From positions 4,774,001-4,838,000 of the forward strand of contig CATNEN010000001.1 in the NCBI GenBank assembly GCA_950097015.1: a stretch of 64,000 nt of DNA, read 5' to 3'. This DNA is from Macrostomum hystrix. Lineage: Eukaryota; Animalia; Platyhelminthes. The stretch's first letter is position 1, and each line of letters starts with the position of its first letter. The notes beneath the pieces were generated by a model. It was not told the DNA's origin. It searched no databases and saw nothing but the letters and a program-made list of their open reading frames with translations. Shown here piece after piece: positions 24,101-37,400 of this stretch. The position numbers and the translations under genes are program-made.

Positions 24101-27100
24101 ATATTCCATTCGAATAACAACTGTGGAAATGAAAACCGACGTTACTACTATGAGAAGAATTTCTCATCCAAGTACCTACTGTGGGAATAGAGTCCCAGGC
24201 GGATACTATGAGGATAATATCCCATCAGGTTATCTACGGTGGGAGAGATAATATCACATTTGAATATATCCTATCGGAATAAATATCCCATCTGGATATC
24301 TACTGTAGGTATAAATGTCCTATCTCCCGTAACGCAATTTTTCGTATCGATACGTATCGGAGACGTCCCCCCGAGGTCCAGAAGTTTCGTCTCAGGGACA
24401 GTACTTTTGATAGTTGCAGATATGTATCCCATACGAAATTTCGAGACGTGCCATGGCCGTCCCCAGGCGACTCCTATGAGACCTTCATAATAACTCGACC
24501 GCATGCATATTGCCATCCTTGTTGCACTTCTGCACGGACTGACGCTGTTTGCTGCAAAATTTCATGCCAAACAAAAAACTCAATCCAATAGAGAGCAGAG
24601 CTCGAGTACTTCACACAAACACATACAAAACTGTATGATTTCCACGCATACGAGATGCGGTTCTAAGGTTCTCATATGTGTACTTAGTGATTCACATTAC
24701 TGTAGTTTGTACGTGTTCAGACTTGTTTCAAAAAAGTAATGTAAAGTAATGTAATGTAATGTAAATACGTACTTATATATATATGTGAGGGTGACGTAGA
24801 AAAAAAAGCAGTCAGGCAGAGTGACTGAGAAGCACATCGAGACACGCGCGGTGCATAGGAAGGAAATGAAAATGTAAAAAATTGTCCATCAAATCTGACT
24901 TGATTTCCATAATCCTCATGTCTTAAACAATGAAAATGTTGAATTAAAAAAAATCGCGGGAGCCGTTTCTGAGAAAATCATTAATTTTTATTTTCCCATC
25001 ACTACATTCCTGTCATTGCTTTGCAAATTTCAAGTTTTTAAACAAAAAATTGTTATTAACTTTATATCAAAATGTCATAACAACTTTTAACAAATTTTCC
25101 CTGAACAGAAAACTTCAACAAGAGATTGTAACACAAATTTGATGGATTAAAGTTGGTTGCTTTGGCAGTGATGCTGGAAAATTCGGTTTACTCCCGATTC
25201 GCCGAATCCCGATTCGCCGATTCCCGATTCGCCGAAATTCCCGATTCGCCGAAATTCCCGATTCGCCGAATCCCGATTCGCCGAAATTCCTGACTCGCCG
25301 AAATTCCTGACTCGCCGAATTCCCGATTCGCTGAAATTCCTGACTCGAATCCTGATTCGCCGAATCCTGATTCAATACATCTTACTTTATCATAAATTAA
25401 AATTAAACCACATAACCATTGCCCTCTTTGAGTGTTGGTCAAATATTGGAACTCTATTTCTATTGTATTGAAATTAATTAAAAAACTAACTTAAATAAAA
25501 TGCACTTTCTTCATCCATTAACTTGTAAACTTGCTTCTAAACTTTTTTAACTTTCTGGAACGTAGATTGACTGAGCAGAGAAGAACATCACAGGTACTTC
25601 GGAAAAAGCAAATTCAAACCAGCAAAATGAAAACGAGAGACACCAAAGCGGCTGCCATTGCATTGCAGTCGAACTGGCGTTCTTTTCTGTAAAATATAAC
25701 TGGCTTGTACGAGTATATTGCGAGAGCAATTCCTATTCAACTCAGGAGGTGCGTGTTTGGTAAGTTTTCTGCAAATAGGGAATTCGGCGAGTCAGGAATT
25801 TCGGCGAATCGGGAATTCGGCGAGTCAGGAATTCGGCGAGTTGGCCTCCGTCCTCCAGTTGCGTCTGAAATCGCCGTGGTTGCCGTGAGCGCGGATTCTC
25901 GGTTGAACGTCGAGTTCGGCCAGCGTTCTGAGCGGTGTCTGTTGTCTTGCTCGCCGGGTTTTCTCCATCAGCGTAGCCGCAGCGGCCGTCGCCGAGGTGT
26001 TGAGTGGAGCCATCCCGGCCTCTTTGAGGAGCGCGACTGTCGGGGTGGATCGGCAGCACCCCGAGATAACACGCGCTGCGGCGAGGTGCTGGGTCTCAAC
26101 TTCCCGGCGGCAGGCGTCGGACGCAAAGCTCATCCAAGAGGAGGCGCCGTGTAGGACCGCCGCTTCCGCGTAGGTGCGGTAAAGCTGTCTGAGAGATCTC
26201 GGGTCGCGCCCCCAGTGTCGACCAGCAAGGCACCTCAGGGCGCCTGTCCGCTTCTGCAGGTTGCGCTTTTGGACCGCCGCATGGTGGCGGAACGTGAGCT
26301 GTGAATCGAGGTACACGCCCAGCATCTTGGGGTGTTCCTCGAATGGGGCTGGCATGTCTCCGAGTCTGATATTCGGTCTCGCCTTGCCGTTTGTCTCACG
26401 CGGGTCGAGGGAGAAGTAGGTGACGACTGTTTTGGATTTGTTCAGGTCAACTTTCCCAGTCGTGCACCACTCGACGAGCCAGTTCGCCGCGCTTTGCAGT
26501 CTTGCTTCACAGGTCTTCAAATTCATGCCTTGTGCGCCAAAGGTCGTATCGTCGGCGTACGCCAGAGAGAATATGTCCTCTGGGGCATCCTCCAACAGGT
26601 CATCGACGAACATCGTCCACAGAGTCGGGGCGATGACGGAGCCTTGGGGGAGGCCCTCAGGGAAGAGGCGTTGGGGGCTCTGGTTGCCGTCCCAGGTCAC
26701 AATGGCACGTCGATCGGAAATATACGAGTGAATCCAGCGGCGCGTGCAGGTCGGGACTTTCTTACGGCGTAACTTAGCGATGAGGGCCTGTCGCCACATG
26801 CGCTCGTAGGCATGCGAGAAGTCCCCAAACAGCATCGCTGTACGGTTTGCTGGTTTTTTCTTCTACCGCGGCAATCTGCTCTTCGGTAGAGCGACCACGG
26901 CGGAAGCCGGCCTGGGCCGGGTGGATGAGGTTCTCGGACTCCAGGTAGTGCGTGAGGCGTTCGTTAACCAGACGTTCCGCGACTTTCGCCGTGCAGGAGA
27001 GGAGGCAGATGGGGCGGTAGCTGGAGGTCGCGTCCGGGCTTTTCCCAGGCTTGTGATCTCTTCGTCGATCTCCTCGTCAGTCTCTCCACTCGGCTCGACT

Positions 27101-30100
27101 GTTTCGGCCGTCTCTTCGCGACTGTCAGCGTGCTCGTTTGCATGGTCGACACCAAGGCATTCGGCACCAGATTGGGACTTCCGCTTCATTCGCTTTATGA
27201 CGCTGCCGACAAAGGATCTGGCACTGACGCATCTTAACTGGCGGCGGAAGGATTTTGAGTCCAGCACGACTCCTGAAAAATGCGTTTGAGAGTTCGCATG
27301 AGTCCCACGCGCTTATTTTAAAAGAGCAGCGCAAACCAAGAGACACCAACTACGCAGTCGGCCACTGGTGCAGGCAATTTTTGCTTGCCGCCTCTTCGGC
27401 CTTCCATATTGTAGTTGCACAAAACGGACGGCTTTGCCGTCCAAACCAGCATTGCCGACATGGCGTCTGATATTTTAACGGCATTTTCTGCCCGACCAGC
27501 GCAATACTTCCTCTGCAAAAAGGGTAACAACAAATAATTTGAGTGATGGCTAACAATAGGAAATCCAGATCACAAATGGGTGACTCACATAAGCGTCCTT
27601 CAGTGCTGGATCCCTGTCGACGTCCTCAGCAAACCGCTGAAGGTCTGCGACGGATTTGACGGGCAGTGACCGCAGAGAGGCGCTGACGACAGGCGCCAAG
27701 TTGTTCGTGGCATTTGACTTGACGGCCTCTATTGCCAGCAATCGCTGCAAAATCAACTTTATCCAGTCTGAAATATGGATTGGCCGGTTCGGCGACAGTG
27801 TAAGTTGTAGATGAGAAGGCGCAATAGCAAAGAGAGCGTAGCGGATTCTATTCACAAGCAGTCAATTAGTGGACCGGAAAAAACTCACTCTCCACATGCT
27901 TGCAGTGGCAGTTAGGCTTCTCTTGAGCAGGCGACTCCGCGTCTCGCAGCGCAGATGCCCGAGGAGGAGCAGGAGCTTGACGCGCAGGCTGTCGACCAGG
28001 TGACTCGGCGTCTCGCAGCGCAGATGCCCGAGGAGGAGCAGGAGCTTGACGCGCAGGCTGTCGACCAGGTGACTCGGCGTCTCGCAGCGCAGATGCCCGA
28101 GGAGGAGCAGGGGCTTGACGCGCAGGCTGTCGACCAGGTGAGGCGCCATCTTGCGTACCTGCTGACGGCAGGCATCCTACTGGCTGACTGGGCGGCCTCG
28201 GGAGTTCATTCCTTGGTTCTTTAGCCGGCGGAACTTGCGATTCAATAAAGTAGTCAACCGGCTTGCGCTTCCTTCCCTTGTCCAAGTCGGTGTCGTCAAA
28301 CCCGCCTCTTTCATCCGCGCGGCGCATGCGGTAGAAGAGGTAGTCCAAATTAGCTGGAATTGGAGATTATATGCTACTAAAGCGCACGCCAATGAACTGA
28401 AAACACTTCCCTCGAGCTGAAATTACAATTTCAGCTGCATCTGAAATGCTGCAGGTGAAGAGGTGAATGCTGCATATGCATGGATGAATGAATAGAATTC
28501 TATTCATTTATCCATGTGCATATGTCGCACTTCTGCCATTCGCTGCCAGGCTCTGTGCGTTTGCGAATCTTTGCCACCAAAGCACTGTCAGTGGCACTCC
28601 GAAATTTTGGCAGATATACAGTCTTTCCGTCGTCGGCCAACCAGTTATCTGGCATGACCATAAGGCCATCGACAAAGCCAACCAGATGATACATGGTCTG
28701 CTGAAATGAAGCAGTTGAGGCATATTGGTATTATATTACAAATTGTCATTAAAACCACCAAATCACAGGAACACAATATTTACACAATGAACATAAATAC
28801 AGGGTGTCCGCGGGATTTAAAGTTGGAAATATTTTTTTTCCGGCCGGGCTAGTGAAAAGATTGCCGACCCTTGCTGTAAATAGTATAACAATAATCCACG
28901 CACCCTTCAGATGTGCTGAAACTGGTTGCCAGTGTGGAGAATCGGGCAAGCGAACCATGCGCTCCTGGTATTTAGCAGAGGAATCACCAGCATTTTAAAC
29001 AGCACATCCTTGATGGGAAAGCCCATGAGTTCTGCCAATAGGCCCCTGAGTTTGTAGAAGTGCAATTTGTTCGACTCGATCACATGATTGTGGAACGACT
29101 TCTTGCGGTTGATAGGCTTTCCGATCAAGAAAATTCCATCACTCCCTGACACAAAAAGTGCGATACTATTTTACATTCGATGGTGCGATGTTCGCAGGAA
29201 GAGCATTGCTTTCATGCTCATGCTGAAGGAGCGGCTCGGTCTGAGAGGGCCGAAATTGGCCGAGACACTGGTTGGTTTCGAGCACGCGCTTCACAGCCTG
29301 CTGCAGTGGCATTTTCGAGCTGTGAACCAGGCGTTTCACGAATCGCAGGAAGCTTTCGAACTGGAAGCAGCTGATGTTGATCGCATTCCGGTGGCTCAAG
29401 AAGTCATCTACCAGATGAAGAAGAGAATGCATATTGTACACAATGTACTGGCATCCGAATATCCTTCTTGAGGTGACGAATGAAACGCAGAGCTCCTTCA
29501 GGTACGTTGCATACTCTTCGCTCAGTGCGTTGTTGGAAAAAAGATTAGCAATCACATGAAATGTCATCAGCCACCGTAAGAACGTCGCATTCCCCACGTG
29601 TCGAATGAGTACAAGAGGGGCAAGGTACACAAAAAACAGCCTGACATCTGTCGCCTTCCAGAGTCCAGTGTGCTCCATCAAGCTCGGCCTGTGCTGAAAG
29701 TCTGTGGGCAAATACCTTCTCACGTGCAGCAGATACGCATTCACTTGGCACAAGAGCAGATGAGACAATCTGTAAGGCCTCGGACCTTCCTTGACAGCTT
29801 TGAGTGCCATCACGCCAAGGCCACGGAAAAGCAGGTGCATGGGATCTCCAGGAAATGCGGCTATCATGTCAATAGATAGAGCCTCGAGTGGAGAATGGCC
29901 GTGGTGGTGCTGAGGTTGAGCTTGTTGGCGAAACGAGTCATCAGTGCGGCGCGCTGCATCGAGCTCCAAGAAAACGACAGACCTCCCTCTGTTGCATGTC
30001 TGCTCGTAATCAGTAGTGCCTCTTTGCTCACATCGGTCACATCCATAAAAACCAGTAAAGCCTTTAATACACTTGATGAAGTACCTCGCCGGTATATCAC

Positions 30101-33100
30101 AAACAAAGTAATCAATGTCAACAGTACAATGCATTCCCCACACAGACAGGCCTTGCTGCAGTTCCAACATCTCAGAAACAAATGGCTCCAAAAATTGATT
30201 AGCACTTGCTGACCTATTCTGTCCACAGTAAATTCCTACCAGGAAGCACGAGTTCGGAATGCCTCTTACTGATGCCAGGATTGTCCAAAAACCTTTCACT
30301 GAACCTACATTACTACATCACTCAATTATTAGTCGCTTACGAACATTAGTGAGGAAAAATATGTTCACTGCACACACACTAAAATCTCATATTATACAGG
30401 ATGCGTAGCAATAATTTGAAATTGATGTGGTCCACTAAGTCTAGACGCCTCAGCTGAACAATGAACAAGTGTGCACGCGCGTGCGCGCGCTGTCACATTT
30501 GTGACTGTGTAAAGAAAATTGTTTGGGTCGGGTCTTATTTGAATTTGTTTTAGACGTTGGGCTCGTATGTGTAGCAGGATGTAGAAACTGGGTGTGGTCG
30601 CCAATTATTTTCTCTGAAAATAATAAAGTCGATAACAAGTAGCTACGGCAATCAGATTTGAAGTCTAGGTGAGCAATAATAAGTTAACTTAGTTAAGTAG
30701 TGCAATATGCTATTAACGTGAGCGAGCGCTCGAATCATTGACTGCAACTGCGTCTGCGACAATTTATAGCTAGTTGGGTATTTAACTATTAGTATTAACG
30801 TCAATGAACGATGCTTATAGCTACGTGGTGACTCACGACGCAGTAACCCAGCCCACAGTTGACCGTCCAACCGTCCCAGCGTGACGCTCTTTCCATTTTG
30901 AATATATTTATTATAAACTGAATAATAACAAAATAAGTAGACAACGTTCGAACACACTACTACGATTACAGAATGAGGGACAGGTGTGGAAAAGAATATA
31001 AATACAATATAAAACTAAGAAATTCTAAAGAAGGTACAATATTTAAAATCCGAGCTACAATTTCATTACAACTGTGACATTTGAATTGTGAGCTTAAATT
31101 TACTAGTTTAAACAATTCTAGCTGAGTGTATTATATTTTATTATTGTAAATTTGCTAATTGCAATAAACAGCTAGTTTGGCATAACAAAAAATAATATTG
31201 ATTCAAATTTTTTCATATTAAAAAAAAACTTTCTCCCTCGCTTCTTTCGTCGCAAAAAGACGAAACGATACGTATTTAATGCGTACATTACTCATAAAAA
31301 AATCTTATTCTTGATGTTTTACTACAAAAACAAGCCATATTTTCCCATTTTCGAGTGATTTTTAAGAACTATGCGTGTCTCTGGCTTTCTTTTACCTACT
31401 TTTACGGCTTGGAATTATACGTCCCCAAGAGACGTATTTGCATCCTCACGGGGACGTCTAATTGTGTTACGGGTCTGGATATCTATTGTAGGTATAAATA
31501 TCCCATCTGGATATCGATAGTGGGAGTAATATCCTATCTGGATATTGACAGTGGGAATAAAATCCATCTATCCAATTCAGGCGAATGATTCGCGAGTTTC
31601 GCGGCGTCCCCGGTGTCCTACCGGAGCGCATCTCAGAGGGCCTTCAGCCGCGTCACTGCGCTCTAAGCCTGGTCGGCGAGCCGATCATGTATCCGCGAAT
31701 CAATCAACTGTTGCACCTGTTGCACACTGAGGGCATCTCGTCATTCCTAGTTACCAATGCTCAATTCCCTGAGCCGATGCGCCAGTTGCCGCCAGTGACG
31801 CAACTCTACGTGTCCGTGGACGCCGCCACGCCTGAAAGTCTGAAACGCATCGATCGGCCACTATTTAAAGATTTCTGGCAAAGATTTGTCGACTGTCTAA
31901 GGGCTATGAGAGACAGCGGACAGCGGACCGTCTATCGGCTCACTCTGGTCAAGGCCTGGAATACGGAAGAGGTTGGTGCAATTTTCTTGGAATTTTATGG
32001 ATTCTTGGAATGCTTTATTCTCGTTTAAGATGTTCTTTGTTTATCTAATCCTAGCAATGGTATCTTAAGTAGGATTTAAAGAAATATTTATCGTCTAATG
32101 GATTTTGTAAAGTGATGTTATCCTTCTCTGCGATTTTCTAGAAATGGTTTCCCTCGTATAAATCATTTTTTTTCTAAGAATCGGTATAAAAGTTTTTTTA
32201 ATTTCCAAGAATCCTAATCCTCGTTTTGATTGTTTCTTTCTAGGAATCTTAATCACGTTATTATTATTATTTTCTAGGAATCTTAATCCTTGTTATTATC
32301 GTTTCTTTCCTGGAATCACATTTCTCGTTTTTATCGTTTTTTTCCTGGAATCACATTCCTTGTTTTTATCGTTTCTTTCTAAGAACCCTAATTCTTGTTT
32401 TATTGCTTCTTTCTAGGAATCCTAATCCTTGTTTTTATCTTTTCTTTACAGGAATCGTTATATTCGTTTTTTATTTTCTAGGAATCGCTTTCCTCGTTTG
32501 GGATATTTTAGGAATCGTTATCCTAAATTTCTGTTTCATTCTAGAAATCGTTTAATCCTCGATTTTTATCCTCGTGTTTTTTTCTATTCTCTGAATAGTT
32601 ATTCTCGTTTTGGATTTTGGATCTAGGAATCCTAGTTCTCGTTGGGGATTTTACAAAAATTGTTATTCAGAATTTGCCTATTCTAGGAATAGTTATCTCA
32701 GTATTCGAGATTTTCTATGGATCTTAATCTCAGTTTTGGATAGTTAGCCAAAAATAAGGAAAATTTGTGTTAGCAGCAGCTGTATTAGAAATTTCGGTTG
32801 TTGTGGCTGTCTTCCAAGTCCATAGACCGAAAGGCTGTACACATTATTGTCACGCACGCAATAGGTGTGGCCGTGTCACTGGTTGTACTGTTGGCCTGAC
32901 TAAGCCAGTAAGAAGTAAATTTTTGTCAACATTCGTGATGGGACATCTTCATGGGATTTAGATCCCCTTATCTTCATTTAATTCTTACTATCATGTACAT
33001 TTCAGGTGAAGCAATACGCTAAGCTAGTAGACCTGGGCTGTCCAGATTTTATTGAAGTCAAAGGTGTGACATTCTGCGGCGACAGCAAAGCCAGCCAGTT

Positions 33101-33473
33101 GACAATGGGCAATGTGCCGTGGCACTCGGAAGTTGTCGAATTTGTTAAAGCTCTGCGTGACAATTTGAATGGCCAGTACGATATCGCATGCGAACACGAG
33201 CACTCCAATTGTGTACTACTGGCTAATCGACACAAGTTTTACGTCAACGACCGTTGGCACACCTGGATTGACTACGACAAGTTTAGCCAGCTTTATCAGC
33301 GGTTTGTGAACACCGGAGTCCGGTTCAATGCCGCCGATTACATGGCCGAGACTCCTAGCTGGGCTGTCTATGGCTCAGCTGAGCAGGGATTCGATCCCAG
33401 GGAGACCAGGTTCAGGAAGAGAGCCGCCGCCGCCGCCGCCGCCGCCGCTGCCGCTGCTGCTGTCGAAGCTTAA
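21140..33473 (+). CDS. TYW1: tRNA 4-demethylwyosine synthase TYW1; exons 21140-21298, 21383-21706, 22080-22271, 23300-23949, 31581-31971, 33006-33473
   Basis: N-terminal hydrophobic anchor; flavodoxin domain (IFYASQLGRAK, PTYEGG, VIGLGNSLY); GYKLIGSHSGVKLCRWTKSMLRGRGGCYKH; radical-SAM CANKCVFC; HCALSLVGEP; FIEVKGVTFCG; CEHEHSNC. All junctions are GT-AG and in frame. Confidence 0.96.
22330..23240. repeat. C/A-rich minisatellite filling TYW1 intron 3 (CAACCCTACAAGCCCACCCTACAACTG variants)
   Basis: Tandem degenerate copies visible across the intron. Confidence 0.9.
25185..25841. mobile_element. Foldback/MITE-like element with inverted arrays of 16-19-bp subterminal repeats
   Basis: CCCGATTCGCCGAAATT repeats at 25190-25375 and their reverse complement GGAATTCGGCGAGTC/AATC at 25778-25841 flank an AT-rich core. 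Confidence 0.65.
25842..27055 (-). mobile_element. Non-LTR retrotransposon RT fragment (I/Ingi-group-like) nested in the EnSpm element
   Basis: KPGKSPDATSSYRPICLLS, QAGFRRGRST, DFSHAYE, GLPQGSVIAPTLW, YADDT, LGVYLD, LAGRHWG. Small internal deletion/frameshift near 26860; truncated at both ends. Confidence 0.9.
27057..28694 (-). CDS. Second (accessory) gene of the EnSpm element, DUF4806-like, spliced; interrupted at its 3' end by a LINE
   Basis: N-terminus MYHLVGFVDGLMVMPDNWLADDGKTVYLP. C-terminal LPVKSVADLQRFAEDV...VLCNYNMEGRRGGKQKL resembles DUF4806. An acidic tail ends at the LINE junction. Contains a 69-bp x3 in-frame repeat (~27935-28145). Confidence 0.6.
28907..30299 (-). CDS. EnSpm/CMC-type transposase (core and C-terminal part; N-terminus not found)
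   Basis: CDIPARYFIKCIKGFTGFYGCDRC, DPMHLLFRG, WKATDVRLF, YNMHSLLHL and FQFES are typical of animal EnSpm transposases. 28907-29152 is a probable further exon. Confidence 0.8.
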
Positions 33474-34083
33474 TTTAGTACTAGTTACTTTAAACTCCAA
33501 TTTTTTTTATATCATTGCTGTCAGGATTGGTAGGTTAATGTAATCTGAGTATGATATTGAGTCGTATATATTAGCCCTAATATTATTGTTGGTTAATTGG
33601 ACAAAATAAATGTTAAGCGACTTTATCTCTTTGCCTAACTCAGCAACAATGAGCAATTTGCTATTTTAAAGTTTCGTATGCTTTGAAAAAAATCTGCTCG
33701 ATTTTGCATTAAGGATGGTTTTATCTAGATTTATTGTTGCTGGGTGCAATTCGAAAGTTTATGTGGTTGTTCTTTGGATCAAAAGTATGTTCTTTGTCTT
33801 CAGTTTATTAGCACAATTTTTATTATTCAGCATTAAGGACGATTTTAAGACATATTTTTATTAGCGCGATCGTATTGCACATTGGGTCGCCGTTTCTGAT
33901 TTATTAGTTTTGGAGGATTTCCCATGGAATTTCCATGGCGATTCCGTGGTTTTCCCGTAAAATTTGCTTCAAAATATCCATTGAGTTTATTCGGGATTTT
34001 CTTAATAGAATTTCCTTTAGGTTGTTACTTTTGGATTTCTTTAAACTATCATTTTTGGGTATTTACTGATATTTCTTCTGATG

Positions 34084-34320
34084 GAACAGCCGCAGCTAAT
34101 GCGCTGCGCATCTGAAGGCTGCGTACGGCTGTTCAGTCCATGGACTGGGGGGGACCCCACACCCACCATCAATTGCCCCAGCTAATGCTGGTACCCATTT
34201 AACACCTGAGTGAACTGAAGCAATTTATAGTTAAGTGTCTTGCTAAAGAGGACAAATTGTTCCAGCGGAGTCGGGAATCGAACCCCCGACCATCGAGTCG
34301 CGAGTCCGACACTCCTGCTA
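34084..34320 (-). mobile_element. tRNA-derived SINE with CORE-like central domain
   Basis: Minus strand: B-box GGTTCGATTCC, then TTAGCAAGACACTTAACT...GCTTCAGTTCACTCAGGTGTTAAATGGG, resembling the MIR/CORE consensus. A second copy lies at 53981-54256. Confidence 0.75.
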
Positions 34321-34497
34321 TGTTTTTCTCAAAATTGTCCTTTTTTAGGAGTCTCATTTTTCTTCCCTTGGAATCTCCCTGGATATTCTGTCGTTTTAGT
34401 TTCGACTTTAAACAGACTTTAATATTCCCAATAGCAATAATGATCTGTCTTCAGATCGCTCTGTCTCTGAGCGACCGGCTTTGTCTAACTCGGAATC

Positions 34498-37400
34498 ATG
34501 TCCGGCGCTCTTCTAGGCGGCATGATTGACGTCGACGTCCTACTGCCGTCCGGCTACCTGCTAGTGATCCCCTGCTCTGCCGATGCCCCGCTGTGCGACT
34601 TCAAGAAGCTAGTTTGGGCCGAGGCCCACAGGGCCGGGTTGTGCAATGACAGCGTCGACCAGGATAGCTACGTATTCAGCGGCGTCATATTGGAAGGCTC
34701 AACGGAGGATTTCCTAGAGGAGACTCTACGATTGAGTCAATTGAGATTGTTCATACCTATGCTGAGTTTGCGACAGAGCTACGATATGAAAAGCGACAAG
34801 ACTAGAGAGGCTTTGGTGTTTCATTCTATCGGAGTGTCGGCCAAAGATCTGGCTAGAGTGATGGACGCAGAGGCCGTCTATTTTAGAGGGGCCGCTTTCG
34901 CTACGGTTAAAGACGCCTGTCAGAAGACTAGAAATGGCGGACCCGATCAGGTTAGTTGCTTTGTTCGTGTGGGAATTCCCCATGATATTGTTGGTCTGCT
35001 TGGAAGGAATTCCCAATATTACAGGTGTTCTGCTCGGAGGGAATTCCCAATATTACAGTTGTTCTGCTTGGAGGGAATTCCCCAAATTACAGGTGTTCTG
35101 CTTGGAGGGAATTCCCCATATAGGTGTTCTGCTTTGAGGGAATTCCCCATATTACAGGTGTTCTGCTTGAAGGGAATTCCCCATATTACAGGTGTTCTGC
35201 TCGGAGGGAATTCCCCATATTGCAGATGTTCTGCTTAGAGGGAATTCCCTCCAAGCAGACCACCGATAATATGGGGAATTCCCTCTAATATTGAGGTCTG
35301 CTTGAGGGAATTCCCCGATAGTATACTTAATTCACTTTTCTTTCTAAGAATTTCCTTTATTAATATATGCTTCTTTGTATGGAATTCCCATCTAAATCGA
35401 TTGCTTATCAAATAATTCCTTTTGATGAAGATGGCATTCATGTATCGGAAATTCCCATTCCCATTCTCCACCTGGCCAGGTATTTCACTTCCGCACTGGC
35501 GCATCATACAACGACTTCACTCCAATGGTCCGACGCAGTCAGGCTTCTAGCAGTTCCGGCAGTTCAAATAGGCCATCGTCTGGTTCCAGTCTTGCCAGCG
35601 GCCAGATGGTGCAGGTGTTTCTTAGAAACAGCCAGCAGACAGCCCGGTTCACCATTCAGCTGGATCTGGACAAGAGCTTTCCCAGCAATGTCATTGAAGA
35701 GGTAGCCAGAAAGCTGCAATACCGCAAACAATTAGACTCTAGCCGCTACCTGGTCAAAGTGTGCTGCTGCAATCAGTATTTAACTTCTCAAGTGCCTCTG
35801 AGCTGTTACGATTATTTTCGCTACTGCTCAGACGCCAACATCATACCCTGCCTGATGCTGGTTGAGAAGGACTCTAGTTTCAGTAGCGTTAATGAACCTG
35901 GCGGATGCAATTATTATTCTATGCCAGAGTATTTGAGCAATTTATCTGCCACCGATCGAACATCGCTATCTTCCTCCTACGCCATGGTTAAAGACGACTC
36001 ATTTAATCAGGCCAATATGAGACCGGGCGATCTTTGGTCATGCATTTCTGAGTACTTCACTGTGCGGGTTAGTGGCCTTGCCTTGTGTTTCATACCGTAC
36101 TTATATCGGTTAGATTATGATTATTTATCCCTCCTTCACTAATGTTCAACAATATCTACCTTCTAAGATTCCCTATCAACTACCTCCACACTCATTCACC
36201 TCGCTTATATCTCTCCTCTCTCCTCTTTTGTCTTGCAACTCTCCTATGTCTACTCTCTCCCCTCTTCTCTTTCTCTCTCCCCCTCTTCTCTTTCTCTCTC
36301 CCCTCTTCTCTTTCTCTCTCCCCTCTTCTCTTTCTCTCTCCCTCTTCTCTTTCTCTCTCCCCCTCTTCTCTTTCTCTCTCCCCCTCTTCTCTTTCTCTCC
36401 CCCCTCTTCTCTTTCTCTCTCTCCCTCTTCTCTTTCTCTCTCTCCCTCTTCTCTTTCTCTCTCTCCCTCTTCTCTTTCTCTCTCCCCTCTTCTCTTTCTC
36501 TCTCCCCCTCTTCTCTTTCTCTCTCCCCCTCTTCTCTTTCTCTCTCCCCCTCTTCTCTTTCTCTCTCCCCCTCTTCTCTTTCTCTCCCCCCCTCTTCTCT
36601 TTCTCTCTCCCCTCTTCTCTTTCTCTCTCCCCTCTTCTCTTTCTCTCTCCCCTCTTCTCTTTCTCTCTCCCCTCTTCTCTTTCTCTCTCCCCTCTTCTCT
36701 TTCTCTCTCCCCTCTCTCCCCTGTCTACCTTGCCCCTATCTTTCCGATCTTTCCTCTCTTCCCTTCACCCATTATTGTCTAATCCATTATCCTGTTTATC
36801 AGTCTCTAACTTTTTCTTTATTCTGCTCCCAACCCCTATCTCATCTCTTCTTCCTCTCTCTCTCTCTAGTGATGTCAGTGTGTCCATTCGCAACCCAAAC
36901 CTATCGGCCCAGGTGTACAATGTCCAAGTGGCAGACGCGCCCAACTGTCAGCTCTACCTGAGGGCGGGTGTATACTGCGGCGGCACACCGCTATGCGGCC
37001 ACGTAACCACTAGGGCTATGCGCAGCTCAGCTGATAACTGGAGCGAGCCGTTAATGTTCGATGTACTTTTAGCCGATTTGCCAATCTACGCCAGACTCTG
37101 CTTGGCTCTGTGCTACGTTGTACGCCGTCACACCAACGATGAGCACAATTGTTTAGGCTGGAGCAATATTAACATATTCTCACACGACGGCAGGCTAAGA
37201 ACTGGTCCTGTACAGATGCGATTCTGGACTGACGAATATAGCGCCAGTGGCGGCGGCGGTGGTGGCGGCGGAGGAGGCGGCGGTGGCGGAGGAGGTGGCG
37301 GCGGTCAGCAAGTTGGATCTGTTGACTTTCTTAATCCGTTGGGCACCACTTTTGGCAGCAATCAGAGCGATGCGCCTGTAGCTGAGGTACGGGCTGGGAT

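Larger units (their letters stand above)
24326..31473 (-). mobile_element. CMC/EnSpm (CACTA-superfamily) DNA transposon in TYW1 intron 4, antisense to the host gene
   Basis: Terminal inverted repeats CCCGTAACGCAATT (24326) and AATTGTGTTACGGG (ends 31473); 3-bp TSD TCT. Removing the element restores the host repeat CCTATCTGGATATC. Encodes a transposase and a second gene. Confidence 0.85.

Noticed and set aside
34255-34320. tRNA gene
   Set aside because: Only a B-box/T-arm remnant followed by SINE body; no complete cloverleaf.
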